Shown piece by piece: positions 46,929-56,160 of a DNA stretch of 64,000 bases. The stretch spans positions 33,673-97,672 of the forward strand of contig PBMR01000015.1 of assembly GCA_002722735.1 (NCBI GenBank). Reading direction: 5' to 3'. The notes below the pieces were generated by a model. It was not told the DNA's origin. It searched no databases and saw only the letters and a list, made by a program, of their open reading frames with translations. The position numbers were made by a program, and so were the translations under genes. This DNA comes from Methanobacteriota archaeon. GTDB lineage: Archaea > Thermoplasmatota > Poseidoniia > Poseidoniales > Thalassarchaeaceae. Every line of letters starts with the position of its first letter. Within the stretch, counting starts at the first letter, position 1.

Positions 46929-48692
46929 GTGAGTCAGTGGGGCTCCAGAACCGTCGACGAGCTCAAGCAGGAGTTGCGTTCTAGAGGGATGCCGGTATCT
47001 GGCAAGAAGTCTGAGTTGATCGAGCGATTGGAGCTTGCAGGCTCGGATTCATCCGTCCTCGATGCGGAAATCGTCATCGAAGACGCGTTCTCCTCGTCTA
47101 CGGTTATGAGCCGCCTCAAGGAGGGTCCCGCAACCGTCATTTCACGAGCAAAGGAGTTACCGGTTGCCACAGTGGTGGTCGCTGTGCTACTGGTAGTCGG
47201 AGTTACCGGTGGGGCCTTGCTCTTCGCCGATGACCTCGTGGAGTGGATTCAAGGTGAGCCAGACTACGTCCTGATCGACTTCGACAGCAACCAGACCAGG
47301 GCGTATGCTGAGGAGCTCGTAAGCCTCGGCCACCCCCAATGGCAAGGCAGGCTGTCCGGAACGGTAGAGGAGGAGAACACGGCCCAGTCTATCAAGCTCA
47401 ATTTCTCTAGCAGCGGTATGCCAGCGACGCTTGAGACGTTTGAGGTCCCCCTATTCTACATGGGTAACGAATTCGAAATCATGATCTGCTCACCTGGGGG
47501 CATCGGCAACATACTCGGCGGCCCGACCCCGTGCTCTGTGGCCGATGTGAACAGGGACGAGACTGAGTTCACCCACAGAGTGGATTATGTGGTCCAGGGA
47601 TACAGTGGCGACGTCGACATAGTCGCTAGCAGCGATGTCAACGTGGTCGATCTGGGAAAGGGCAACGAGTCCGCTGACTGGGGGTCCGCGGCCAACGGCA
47701 TAGGGCTCGTGTGGCTGATGGACGAGCATGATGGCCAGCCTGCCACTGAGAGTAACACGGTACTTCTTCTCAGGGCCCAAGAGAACAGCCTGAGAGGTCT
47801 GATTACCGTAAACGCTAGACAGAACTGCGACGAATTGGTGACCGACGATTGTGTGCCCTACTTCAAGTCATCAGACATCACACAGTTCGATGAGAAGCCC
47901 TATGATATTGGATTCGTCATGGTATCGAAGAGCGTTGGCGAGATGATCACAGATCAGGTCATCAATGGCGAGGACATGCTTCAATTCGTTATTGAGGTGG
48001 ACAACCAGGTGAACGTCAATGTCCACGTGCCGTGCGGGATAATCGAAGGCGAGTCTGATTCGCTGATAATCATCGGAGCCCATCACGATACGGTGTACAA
48101 CGGTCAAGGAGCTGTCGATAATACAGCTGGTACTGCCACCGTACAGGAGATGGCTCGGCAATTCGGCATTCTCCACTCAGAACTCGGCCAGCCCAAGCAC
48201 ACTATCTATTTCTGCACCTGGGGTGGTGAGGAGGAGGGGCTTTGGGGCTCATCGGAGTGGGTCAAGAAGCACCAGAGCACGCTCAGGGATAACCTGAGAC
48301 TGTACGTCAATCTCGACATGAACCACGTCGATGCCCAGAGGAACTCGGGACTGACCCTTCAGGGCAACAGCCCTAGTGATGTCAGTCGAATCGAGGGTCT
48401 GGTCACTGCCTTCACAAAGTCCTACCCTGATCTCGCGTCCAAATACGACATCAGCGTCAGGCTGCTGGATTCGATAGAGATGCCATACAACTCTGACCAC
48501 GCCCCATTCGTATACGGCCTCGACGAGGGTGACGAGGGGCAGAAGCACTACGGCAAGGCCATGATGTGCTATGGATCCGGTTCCGAGGAGTACCACACGT
48601 ACCTCGACAGTATGGATCGCTTCAACGAGGAGAGTCTGGTCGTTTCCGGGATAATCTACGGCTCTTTGGTGCGCTACCTAGCATGGGGCTAG
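46929..48692 (+). CDS. M28-family metallo-aminopeptidase with N-terminal SAP motif and one TM helix
   Basis: SAP consensus TVDELKQELRSRGMPVSGKKSELIERLELAG; TM VATVVVAVLLVVGVTGGALLFA; M28 metal ligands HHDTV...GAVDNTAG, GGEEEGLWGS, SDHAPF. Start uncertain: the track start is TTG at 46827 overlapping ubiX; an in-frame GTG at 46929 is used here. Confidence 0.6.
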   Translation: MSQWGSRTVDELKQELRSRGMPVSGKKSELIERLELAGSDSSVLDAEIVIEDAFSSSTVMSRLKEGPATVISRAKELPVATVVVAVLLVVGVTGGALLFADDLVEWIQGEPDYVLIDFDSNQTRAYAEELVSLGHPQWQGRLSGTVEEENTAQSIKLNFSSSGMPATLETFEVPLFYMGNEFEIMICSPGGIGNILGGPTPCSVADVNRDETEFTHRVDYVVQGYSGDVDIVASSDVNVVDLGKGNESADWGSAANGIGLVWLMDEHDGQPATESNTVLLLRAQENSLRGLITVNARQNCDELVTDDCVPYFKSSDITQFDEKPYDIGFVMVSKSVGEMITDQVINGEDMLQFVIEVDNQVNVNVHVPCGIIEGESDSLIIIGAHHDTVYNGQGAVDNTAGTATVQEMARQFGILHSELGQPKHTIYFCTWGGEEEGLWGSSEWVKKHQSTLRDNLRLYVNLDMNHVDAQRNSGLTLQGNSPSDVSRIEGLVTAFTKSYPDLASKYDISVRLLDSIEMPYNSDHAPFVYGLDEGDEGQKHYGKAMMCYGSGSEEYHTYLDSMDRFNEESLVVSGIIYGSLVRYLAWG

Positions 48693-48857
48693 GGCTGGCT
48701 CTCGCAGTAGGCTCACACCCTACCAAATAGTCCTCACGATGGCCATCGCCATATCGTGTGCCATCAACGTGAAGTCTGGTGCCGCTTCGGCTAAGGGCAG
48801 CATGGGACAGTTGGTTGGTCTTTGCTTTCAACCATGCTCATGTAATGCGGGATTGGC

Positions 48858-49172
48858 ATGAAGGAGTTAGTTTCCATTGCCGATTGGGCGGAGGCAATGT
48901 CCAGAGAGAGGGTTCTGATCATGGTTTCCAAGAGTGACTGCGACGAGTGTGAGGCGGCACTGGCTGGCATTTCCTATCTTGATGAAGAAGACGTCTGCAT
49001 TCTATCTCTAGACAATCCCGAGGCATTTCTGCTGAAGGACGAACTTGGGTGGTTGGAGATGGAAGTCGACGTGGTCCCTTTCTGGAGGCTCTTCGTTGGA
49101 GGCGAGGTTGGCGGAACCGTTCGTGGCCCGAACCTCGAACGCGTCAGGTCGATGCTTTCCGAGTCGGACTAG
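48858..49172 (+). CDS. Glutaredoxin-like thioredoxin-fold protein
   Basis: VLIMVSKSDCDECEAAL (CxxC) ... VVPFWRLFVGGEVGG (cis-Pro / GG motif as in glutaredoxins). Confidence 0.45.
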   Translation: MKELVSIADWAEAMSRERVLIMVSKSDCDECEAALAGISYLDEEDVCILSLDNPEAFLLKDELGWLEMEVDVVPFWRLFVGGEVGGTVRGPNLERVRSMLSESD

Positions 49173-50912
49173 TCACATCCTCTGCGGAACCTCGATTCCA
49201 AGCAGTCCCAGACCGAGTTCCAGCTCCCTAGCTGTCAGGTCGCACAGGGCAAGCCTGCTGTGAACCGTGCCCTCTTCCTCGGCCGAGAGCACTGGGCATG
49301 CCTCGTAGAACGAGGCGAAGGCCGAAGCGATCGAATGCAGATGGGCGCAGAGCCTATGCGGAATGTATGCATGGGTGGACTCATCCACTACCGCTGGGAA
49401 GTCAGTTAGTCGGCGAGCCAGTAGGCACTCCTCAGGGAGGGAACAGGAGATTTCCGATTCGCTCAGAGAACCACGGTCCCCGCCCCACTTGCGGAAGATG
49501 CTGCAAATCCTAGCATGGGCGTATTGCAGATAAGGAGCCGTGTCGCCGTCAAAGGAGAGCATCCGCTCCCAATCAAAGACGTAGTCCTTGGTCCGCTCGG
49601 TCGAAAGGTCGGCGTACTTCACCGCGCCGATACCGACGATTCGCGCCACGCGCTCTCGCTGCTCTCCCTGAAGGTCAGGGTTCTTCTCCTCGATAGCCGC
49701 CCTTGCCCTCGTAACAGCCTCAGCAAGAAGGTCGAAGAGTTTGATCACATCTCCCTCGCGACTCTTCAGAACCTTGCCATCGGCATCCATCACAGAGCCG
49801 AAGTTAACATGTACGGCATTATGGCCATCATCCATGAATCCCGCCTGCCTAGCTACTTGGAAAACCATCTCGAAGTGCTGCTTCTGAGGCGTTCCTACCA
49901 CATAGAGGAAGGAGTCGCACTTGAGGCGCTCGACGCGGTCGATAATGCAAGCGAGGTCGGATGTAGAGTAGTTGTAGCCACCATCGGCCTTCCTGATGAT
50001 CATCGGGAGGGGTTCGCCTTCACGATTCACCCATCCACCCGGATAGGCGACATCAGCCCCCTCGCTGTGCTCGAGGATGCCTGCATCGCCCAGACGATCG
50101 ACCACCACTGGCAGGAGGTCCTGATACCTCGACTCGCCCATTATGTCGTCGTCAGTCAATAGGACACCCAGCATCGAGTAGACCTCGTTGAAGTATCGCA
50201 TTGATTCGTCAACGAGGACGCGCCACAGGCGCAATGTCTCCTCGTCACCACCTTGGAGCAACACCACACGCTGCCTTGAGCGTTCGGCGAACTCCTCCTC
50301 AGTGACGAACTTGGCACGGGCTTGCTTGTAGAAGGAGTCGAGGTCACCGACCCCCAACTCGTTGGCCGCCTCGGCCTCCCCGAGGTCGAGCAGGTGTTCA
50401 ATCAGCATGCCAAACGGCGTTCCCCAGTCACCGACGTGGTTCTCCCGGTGCACGAGGTGACCCCTGAACTCAAGCATCCTGACTATGGCATCGCCAATCA
50501 CAGTAGAACGGAGGTGGCCGACGTGCATCTCCTTGGCCACGTTGGGTGCTGAATAGTCGACTGCATAGGTTCGACACTCTTCGAGGCCTATTCCCAGTCG
50601 TGGATCCGGCATCATTGCCTCAATGCGTCTAGAGAGCCAGGACGGTTGTGCTCGGAGATTGACGAAACCACTGACTGAAGAGGCATCGGCGATTCCATCC
50701 AAGGCACCTCCAATCAGGCTGACGACCTCGTCAGCGATTTCGGATGGAGATCTTCTGAGAGTCTTGGAAAGCGCGTGGCACGGTAGAGCAGCATCCCCGT
50801 GGTCCTCCACCGTTGAGCGCCCTAACAATGGAGTCCAGACTGACTCGTCAACGCCCATTTTCGACATGGCCTCGGCCAAGGGAGGGCGAGCATCCTCAAT
50901 CAGGTTCCTCAT
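49173..50912 (-). CDS. argS: Arginyl-tRNA synthetase
   Basis: Class I HIGH region HVGHLRSTVIGDAIVRMLEF; anticodon-binding C-terminal domain. Start at the ATG two codons after the track GTG. Confidence 0.85.
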   Translation of the reverse strand: MRNLIEDARPPLAEAMSKMGVDESVWTPLLGRSTVEDHGDAALPCHALSKTLRRSPSEIADEVVSLIGGALDGIADASSVSGFVNLRAQPSWLSRRIEAMMPDPRLGIGLEECRTYAVDYSAPNVAKEMHVGHLRSTVIGDAIVRMLEFRGHLVHRENHVGDWGTPFGMLIEHLLDLGEAEAANELGVGDLDSFYKQARAKFVTEEEFAERSRQRVVLLQGGDEETLRLWRVLVDESMRYFNEVYSMLGVLLTDDDIMGESRYQDLLPVVVDRLGDAGILEHSEGADVAYPGGWVNREGEPLPMIIRKADGGYNYSTSDLACIIDRVERLKCDSFLYVVGTPQKQHFEMVFQVARQAGFMDDGHNAVHVNFGSVMDADGKVLKSREGDVIKLFDLLAEAVTRARAAIEEKNPDLQGEQRERVARIVGIGAVKYADLSTERTKDYVFDWERMLSFDGDTAPYLQYAHARICSIFRKWGGDRGSLSESEISCSLPEECLLARRLTDFPAVVDESTHAYIPHRLCAHLHSIASAFASFYEACPVLSAEEEGTVHSRLALCDLTARELELGLGLLGIEVPQRM

Positions 50913-50922
50913 CTTCACAGCC

Positions 50923-52170
50923 TCATGCGATAGGATACCTCAACAGGGCAGCGATCCCTCCGAATGCCGTGTTCAGGGTATCTCCCTCCTCAGTGTCGAG
51001 GGAGATGAGTCTTACTTCGGCCGAGGTATGCCCTGCGAGGATTGACATCTCGTCGATCAGCTCCATGGTTCTGTCAGAGTCCTCGTGAACGTTGTCAGAT
51101 TTGCATTCAGGGCAATCGGGAGTTTCCGAGAGGTTGTTCTGAGTCGCCTCCCACTCGTGTTTGCAAACCTTGCACAGCCACACGACACGTCTCTTACTCA
51201 GGGACTCCGATAGCAGCAGGGTAGCCACTGCTCCCTGTTTGAGGGCAGATCTCACCATTGCCTCACCGTAGGTTGCCTTGGGGACGCTCTGCATCACCTC
51301 ACGCAGGAACTCGTCTACTAGGGTGCGTTCGCGATCGAGCTCAATTTGATCCATCATCGAGCCAGCCCTTTGGATCAACTCCCTCAGGCCACTCTCGTTA
51401 GAGTATCCGACATCGAAGAATGGCTCCGTGATGAGCTTCTTGATTTCGTGATGGAAGTAGTCATGCTTGACCACGTAGTCCTTGGTTGCTCCCGGTCCCC
51501 CGATAATGATGCCCCTCAGGTCCTGGATCATAGGCAGCCAGTAGTTGCAGGCCCTCTCTGTCGCCTTCTTGAAGAACTTGTGAGCAGCTTCCTCTATGAG
51601 TCGCTCGAAGCGTTGCGCCGATTGTCCACCCCGTCCGTGCTTGGAAGGGACCAGCGAAGTGATGTGCTCTTGGCAGTGGAGGCGCTTGCCCGAAGCCAAA
51701 CCATAGGCGGCCTCGGAGCGATCGATGACGAAGAGCCCGTACGAGGTTCGATCGATGAGCATCTCCTCGAGCTGACTGATCTCAAATGAGGAGTCGCACC
51801 TGTACCTGAATGAGGAGAAGGGCTCGGGGGGGTCGTCTATGACGGTGGTGACAAGCCTAGTCTTGTTATTGCCAACTATAACGTGACCGACGAAGATGGC
51901 AATGCCACCCTCGCCCGGGGTCTTGTAGCGGTTAATGGTGGAAACGGCTGATTCGAGGGCGTCGGACACGTGCTTCCTAGTAGACTTCGACTTGATGTTG
52001 GCAGCCTGGCCGGCCTCTTGACCCAGTTGCTGCCTAACATCACTGATCATGCGATCAGGGGGTATGACCACCGTGACGAGTTCGGTGCCCATCCCCCTCA
52101 TCTCGGAGAGTTCCTTGACAGCCTTCTTCAGGCGGAGCCTCCGCTGCTGCTGCGCGAGCTCCTCGGACAT
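50923..52170 (-). CDS. prf1: Peptide chain release factor aRF1
   Basis: NIKS stop-codon recognition motif (AANIKSKSTR), GGQ motif (HGRGGQSAQRFERL), and a C-terminal zinc ribbon. Confidence 0.9.
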   Translation of the reverse strand: MSEELAQQQRRLRLKKAVKELSEMRGMGTELVTVVIPPDRMISDVRQQLGQEAGQAANIKSKSTRKHVSDALESAVSTINRYKTPGEGGIAIFVGHVIVGNNKTRLVTTVIDDPPEPFSSFRYRCDSSFEISQLEEMLIDRTSYGLFVIDRSEAAYGLASGKRLHCQEHITSLVPSKHGRGGQSAQRFERLIEEAAHKFFKKATERACNYWLPMIQDLRGIIIGGPGATKDYVVKHDYFHHEIKKLITEPFFDVGYSNESGLRELIQRAGSMMDQIELDRERTLVDEFLREVMQSVPKATYGEAMVRSALKQGAVATLLLSESLSKRRVVWLCKVCKHEWEATQNNLSETPDCPECKSDNVHEDSDRTMELIDEMSILAGHTSAEVRLISLDTEEGDTLNTAFGGIAALLRYPIA

Positions 52171-52266
52171 GTCGTTCCTCCGTGAATTGCCGCAATGGGC
52201 GGCATTTCAACCCTTCAGCGCGTCTTGAGCGTAGGCATTGAAAGGCAGGGGGTCCACCAAGGGTCG

Positions 52267-52968
52267 ATGGCGACCGTGGTCGTGGCTTTGGGTGGTAGCC
52301 TGCTGCGTCCCGAGGTCGAGGAGCGTCACGATTGGCTCTTAGAGCTGGTTTCCATAGTGAGAGACCGTGTAGCCGTTGGTGACCGCTTGGGCCTAGTGGT
52401 CGGCGGCGGCGCTCCGGCGAGGGAGGGAATTGAACTGGCAAGCCCCATTATCGATGACGTCGACCATTTGGACAAGATTGGAATCGCTGCAACCCGCCTG
52501 AACGCCACCATCATCAGAGAGGCGCTGGCCGATGGGGGCATACCTGTCTCGGGCTCGATCCCCCATAGCGTGAACGAGGCCGTCGAGGCCCTACTCAGTC
52601 GCAAGGTGATTGTGATGGGGGGCACCGTTCCCGGTCACACTACCGACGCGGTCGCAATTCGATTGGCCATAAGTGGTGGGGCTGGCAAGTGCGTCATCGC
52701 CACCAATGTCGCGAAAGTCCATGAGCAGGACCCAAATGAGAATCCCGAGGCTGAGGCCTTCGACAGACTCACGTTGGAGCAGTTGCAATCAATCGTCGGA
52801 CCGGCGAAGCATGCCAAGGCAGGGGGCTCGCAAGTGGTAGACCCCATTGGCGTGGGAGAAGCCGTGAGGCATGGCCTCCCCTTGGACATCCTAGATGGAA
52901 GAAAACCGCAGAATATCCGCTCGGCCCTCGAGGGCGGTGACTTTGGCGGAACCGTAGTGGCCGGGTGA
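52267..52968 (+). CDS. pyrH: Uridylate (UMP) kinase, archaeal type (amino-acid-kinase fold)
   Basis: VVALGGSLL, VVGGGAPAR, DKIGIAATRLNATIIREAL, and GHTTDAVAIRLA match archaeal PyrH. Isopentenyl-phosphate kinase is not excluded. Confidence 0.6.
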   Translation: MATVVVALGGSLLRPEVEERHDWLLELVSIVRDRVAVGDRLGLVVGGGAPAREGIELASPIIDDVDHLDKIGIAATRLNATIIREALADGGIPVSGSIPHSVNEAVEALLSRKVIVMGGTVPGHTTDAVAIRLAISGGAGKCVIATNVAKVHEQDPNENPEAEAFDRLTLEQLQSIVGPAKHAKAGGSQVVDPIGVGEAVRHGLPLDILDGRKPQNIRSALEGGDFGGTVVAG

Positions 52969-52969
52969 T

Positions 52970-53284
52970 ATGTTGAGTCGCAAGGAAACCATCCTCAAGG
53001 CTGCGCGGAGGACGGCTCAGGAGGCACGTGCAGCAGCCTCACGCAGGAGGGACGCTCCTTCTAGCAGGCAGGCCGAATCAGGAGTCAGGTCGCACAGGCA
53101 CTGCGTGGTATGTTGGACACCCATCCCCCTCGACAACGACCCCCCCATCTGTGACAAGGACGATTGCGCCACTATGCAGGAAAAGAAGGAGAGATCCAGA
53201 CGCAGGCTGACCTTCATGATGTACCTCTTCCCGGCCATCGCTGTGTTCTTCGTGATTCTCGAAGTCTTGGGGCCGTCAGGTTGA
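52970..53284 (+). CDS. Small Zn-ribbon protein with C-terminal TM helix (hypothetical)
   Basis: HCVVCWTPIP...PPICDKDDC (CxxC..CxxxxC); a basic stretch; TM MMYLFPAIAVFFVILEVL. Confidence 0.4.
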   Translation: MLSRKETILKAARRTAQEARAAASRRRDAPSSRQAESGVRSHRHCVVCWTPIPLDNDPPICDKDDCATMQEKKERSRRRLTFMMYLFPAIAVFFVILEVLGPSG

Positions 53285-53312
53285 ATCGGTAGGGCACTTA
53301 GAGGATGATGTC

Positions 53313-53900
53313 ATGATGGTCAGGATAATGTCCCTTCTTCCCGGCATAGTCGGTCTTGCCTGTGCGATCGTTCTCATTGCCAGTTTAGTAGGCTACTACC
53401 CCGATGAATCGCGCATGGAGATCCCTATCGTCCCGTGCTCAGACGACGATGCAGTAGGTTGCCAAGTGGGGATGACTGGTGAGGACCTCTCAGTGCCACC
53501 CGCGTTCATGCTGCTCGATATCGATCTCGAGGTCGAATGGGAGGAGCCGGGGAGGAGTTGGCTGGCCGTGGTTGACGCTGCCGCTGCCGACGAGTGCCCG
53601 CCCGACTCGAATGGCCTCACGGCCTGCACAGAGGAGGACTTGGCAGAGTACATCGTCACGGGTGGATCGGACGCTGACGGTTCGCTGATCTTCGAAGTTG
53701 GCCCTGGAGGCTATCGGTTCATCACCGCCGGCAAGGACGGATCTACCCTCGACACGCAATTGGTGGTGCTGAGCACCTCGGTTCACCTGAACAACTACTT
53801 CGAGATAGCGCTTGCCATCGTAACCGTGCTGCTCTTAGCCGGAGCTGGTGAGATGGCTTTCCCAGTGCGAGTTCTGTGGAAGCGCTTCAGGGATGCCTAG
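53313..53900 (+). CDS. Membrane protein with N- and C-terminal TM helices and acidic extracellular domain (hypothetical)
   Basis: Hydrophobic N-terminal (LLPGIVGLACAIVLIASLVGY) and C-terminal (IALAIVTVLLLAGAG) segments. No recognisable motif. Confidence 0.4.
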   Translation: MMVRIMSLLPGIVGLACAIVLIASLVGYYPDESRMEIPIVPCSDDDAVGCQVGMTGEDLSVPPAFMLLDIDLEVEWEEPGRSWLAVVDAAAADECPPDSNGLTACTEEDLAEYIVTGGSDADGSLIFEVGPGGYRFITAGKDGSTLDTQLVVLSTSVHLNNYFEIALAIVTVLLLAGAGEMAFPVRVLWKRFRDA

Positions 53901-53947
53901 GGTTGGGGTTCAGCATCCTTGAAGAACCTCATCTCAGTGGACCGAAC

Positions 53948-54076
53948 ATGACGGGTATGGCGTGTCCTAATTGCGGTTCTTCCATTGAAGTCGACAAGGA
54001 TAGGGGACTTTCCCCTTCCTACGGGGGCTATGACCTGTACTGCGTGGTTTGCGGTCATGTTTGGCACATTGATTGA
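53948..54076 (+). CDS. Very small zinc-ribbon protein (about 42 aa)
   Basis: MTGMACPNCGSS...YCVVCGHVWH has two CxxC pairs. It could be spurious. Confidence 0.3.
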   Translation: MTGMACPNCGSSIEVDKDRGLSPSYGGYDLYCVVCGHVWHID

Positions 54077-54082
54077 TTTGAC

Positions 54083-55132
54083 CTATGCAATACGACCATG
54101 CTTCTCATCATTGCGCGGCCAATTCTCGGGAAGCTTGAGTGGATCTAGAATCTCGTCGGCGGCGATGATCTCGATGAGTTGCGCCCTCAACTCCTCCAAG
54201 CCCTCCCCAGTCTCTGCGCTGATTCGCATTTCGTCGCTCCCTGCTGTGGACTCGAGGAGGTCGGATTTACTGCTAACCACGATGATGGGCCTCTCTGAGA
54301 TGAGTTCGCGAACCTCACCGAGCAGGTTCTCCTGCTCCGAGACAGGAGTTGTGGAGCTTTGCGAGAGATCGACTAGGAAGACCAGTGCGTCGCCCAGATG
54401 CTCGAGAGCCGCAATCGCCTGCATCTCGATCGGGTTCCTCTCGGCCATAGGCCTGTCCAACAGACCGGGCGTATCGACCATCTGGTAGGACCGCCTGCGG
54501 TGAACGAAGTGCCCCAGATGCAGTTGCTTGGTGGTGAATGGGTAGGATGCCACTTCGGGCTCACCACTGGAGAGGGCGCTGATCAGTGCGGACTTGCCCA
54601 CGTTGGGGGAGCCTGCGACGACGATACACGGCTCCGTGGGATCGATTGCCGGTAGTTTGCGAAGGGCGTTCCTAGCCTCTCCCAACCACAAAACCTGGGG
54701 GGATATCTGATCGATGATCGAGGAGAGTCGACCATAGGCGTGACGCCTGGCCTTGTGGAAGCCATCGATGTCCCTGAGCCTGAGAATCTTCCTCTGGGCC
54801 TCCCCGGCGATGCGATGGGACTGCTCTGCGGCCCATTGTAGGGCAGCCAAGTTTCTTCTGTACTCATCACACCCAACGGCGGCGTCGACCAGAGCACGAT
54901 CGAACTCAGTGAGGGCATTGAGGCTGGGCCATCGGCCGACATAGGAAGTCAACGTCTTAGCGATGACGTCGGAAGCGGATTGAACCATCCTGTTCATCTG
55001 CTTCCGGACCCGATGGTACTTGTCCGGATCCTCGACCAGATCAGCTAGGTTTCTCGCCCTCCCGAAGGCCTTGTCGAGGATCTCCTGTGGATAGAGAACC
55101 GTTGGGATGCCACGCCATTCAACCGATGCCAT
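54083..55132 (-). CDS. NOG1/Obg-superfamily GTPase (archaeal nucleolar-GTP-binding-protein-1 homologue)
   Basis: G1 GSPNVGKSALI, G2 YPFTT, G3 DTPGLLD, and the NOG1-type N-terminal helical domain. Confidence 0.8.
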   Translation of the reverse strand: MASVEWRGIPTVLYPQEILDKAFGRARNLADLVEDPDKYHRVRKQMNRMVQSASDVIAKTLTSYVGRWPSLNALTEFDRALVDAAVGCDEYRRNLAALQWAAEQSHRIAGEAQRKILRLRDIDGFHKARRHAYGRLSSIIDQISPQVLWLGEARNALRKLPAIDPTEPCIVVAGSPNVGKSALISALSSGEPEVASYPFTTKQLHLGHFVHRRRSYQMVDTPGLLDRPMAERNPIEMQAIAALEHLGDALVFLVDLSQSSTTPVSEQENLLGEVRELISERPIIVVSSKSDLLESTAGSDEMRISAETGEGLEELRAQLIEIIAADEILDPLKLPENWPRNDEKHGRIA

Positions 55133-55251
55133 TGGCTTGCCTCCCTCATCGCCGCCACGGCATCGCACTTCAAGGCATTAGTCAAGTCCAAAACCGTCAG
55201 AACGGCTAGTAGAACCCGTTTCTTTTTCTATGACGACACGAGCGTCGAAGC

Positions 55252-55701
55252 GTGACAGATGAACGTAGGGGGAGGCGGGTCGAGGACCTGCCAGATTGGG
55301 CGAGGCGCTTGTATGAGGAATATGGCTCTCCAGAACTAGAAGGGCTCGGAGATGTGTTCCACGGTCCGCTGATGGACCGCAAGTCGGGCCTCAGGAAGGA
55401 TGATCTTATCGAGGTCCTTCTAGACATAAGGATGCTGCCTGAGGACCGCGAGCCATGGGTCAGGGGAATGCTGATTGGTACCACACGAAACGCCATCGAG
55501 ATCCTCGACCAGCGCGGCGACTTCCGTTCTGTGGCAAGGGACGTGATCGTCGAGGTCAGACTGATTACACACCTTCGTAGGACCTACATCGAGGATAGGG
55601 AGTTGCTGAAGTTCGAGAAGGATGACATGCGCCGCCGCTCGGAGATGCACGAGAAGGCCGAGAAGACCGGTGAGGGCTACGAAAGCAGCCTATGGGGCTG
55701 A
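55252..55701 (+). CDS. Hypothetical protein (149 aa)
   Basis: ORF with a GTG start. Charged and helical; no motif recognised. Confidence 0.35.
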   Translation: MTDERRGRRVEDLPDWARRLYEEYGSPELEGLGDVFHGPLMDRKSGLRKDDLIEVLLDIRMLPEDREPWVRGMLIGTTRNAIEILDQRGDFRSVARDVIVEVRLITHLRRTYIEDRELLKFEKDDMRRRSEMHEKAEKTGEGYESSLWG

Positions 55702-55851
55702 TGGGATGGTCTGCAGACCCGCCATGCCGTCTTCAAGCTCAGATGAAGGAGGCGAGCTATGATCAACTCCCGTAAGACTGGTGGGCTGACAGAGCCTAGT
55801 TTCATCCTCGTGACCGAGTTCAAGCGGAATTGAGGTGCTGCGTTGTCCCCA

Positions 55852-56160
55852 ATGACATTCAGGATGCATGTCTTCATCTGCACCAATGAACGTCCAACGG
55901 AGCATCCGCGCGGTTGCTGTTCAGCGAAGCGCTCCCTAGACATCATGACCCACCTCAAGCGTGCAGCGCGGGCAGAGGGATTGGATGACGTCAGAATCAA
56001 CAAATCAGGATGCCTCGGATACTGTGAGCAGGGGCCGTCCTGTGTGATTTATCCCGAGGGGACGTGGTACACACTGCCCGACGACGAGGGGCTGGACAAT
56101 ATCCTCAATCACCTCAAGGGAGGGGAGATTGCGCAGGAATATTCGATGGTGAGAGAATGA
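55852..56160 (+). CDS. Thioredoxin-like [2Fe-2S] ferredoxin
   Basis: HVFICTNERP...GCC...SGCLGYCEQGPSCVIYPEGTWY is the Cys pattern of Trx-like 2Fe-2S ferredoxins. Confidence 0.55.
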   Translation: MTFRMHVFICTNERPTEHPRGCCSAKRSLDIMTHLKRAARAEGLDDVRINKSGCLGYCEQGPSCVIYPEGTWYTLPDDEGLDNILNHLKGGEIAQEYSMVRE

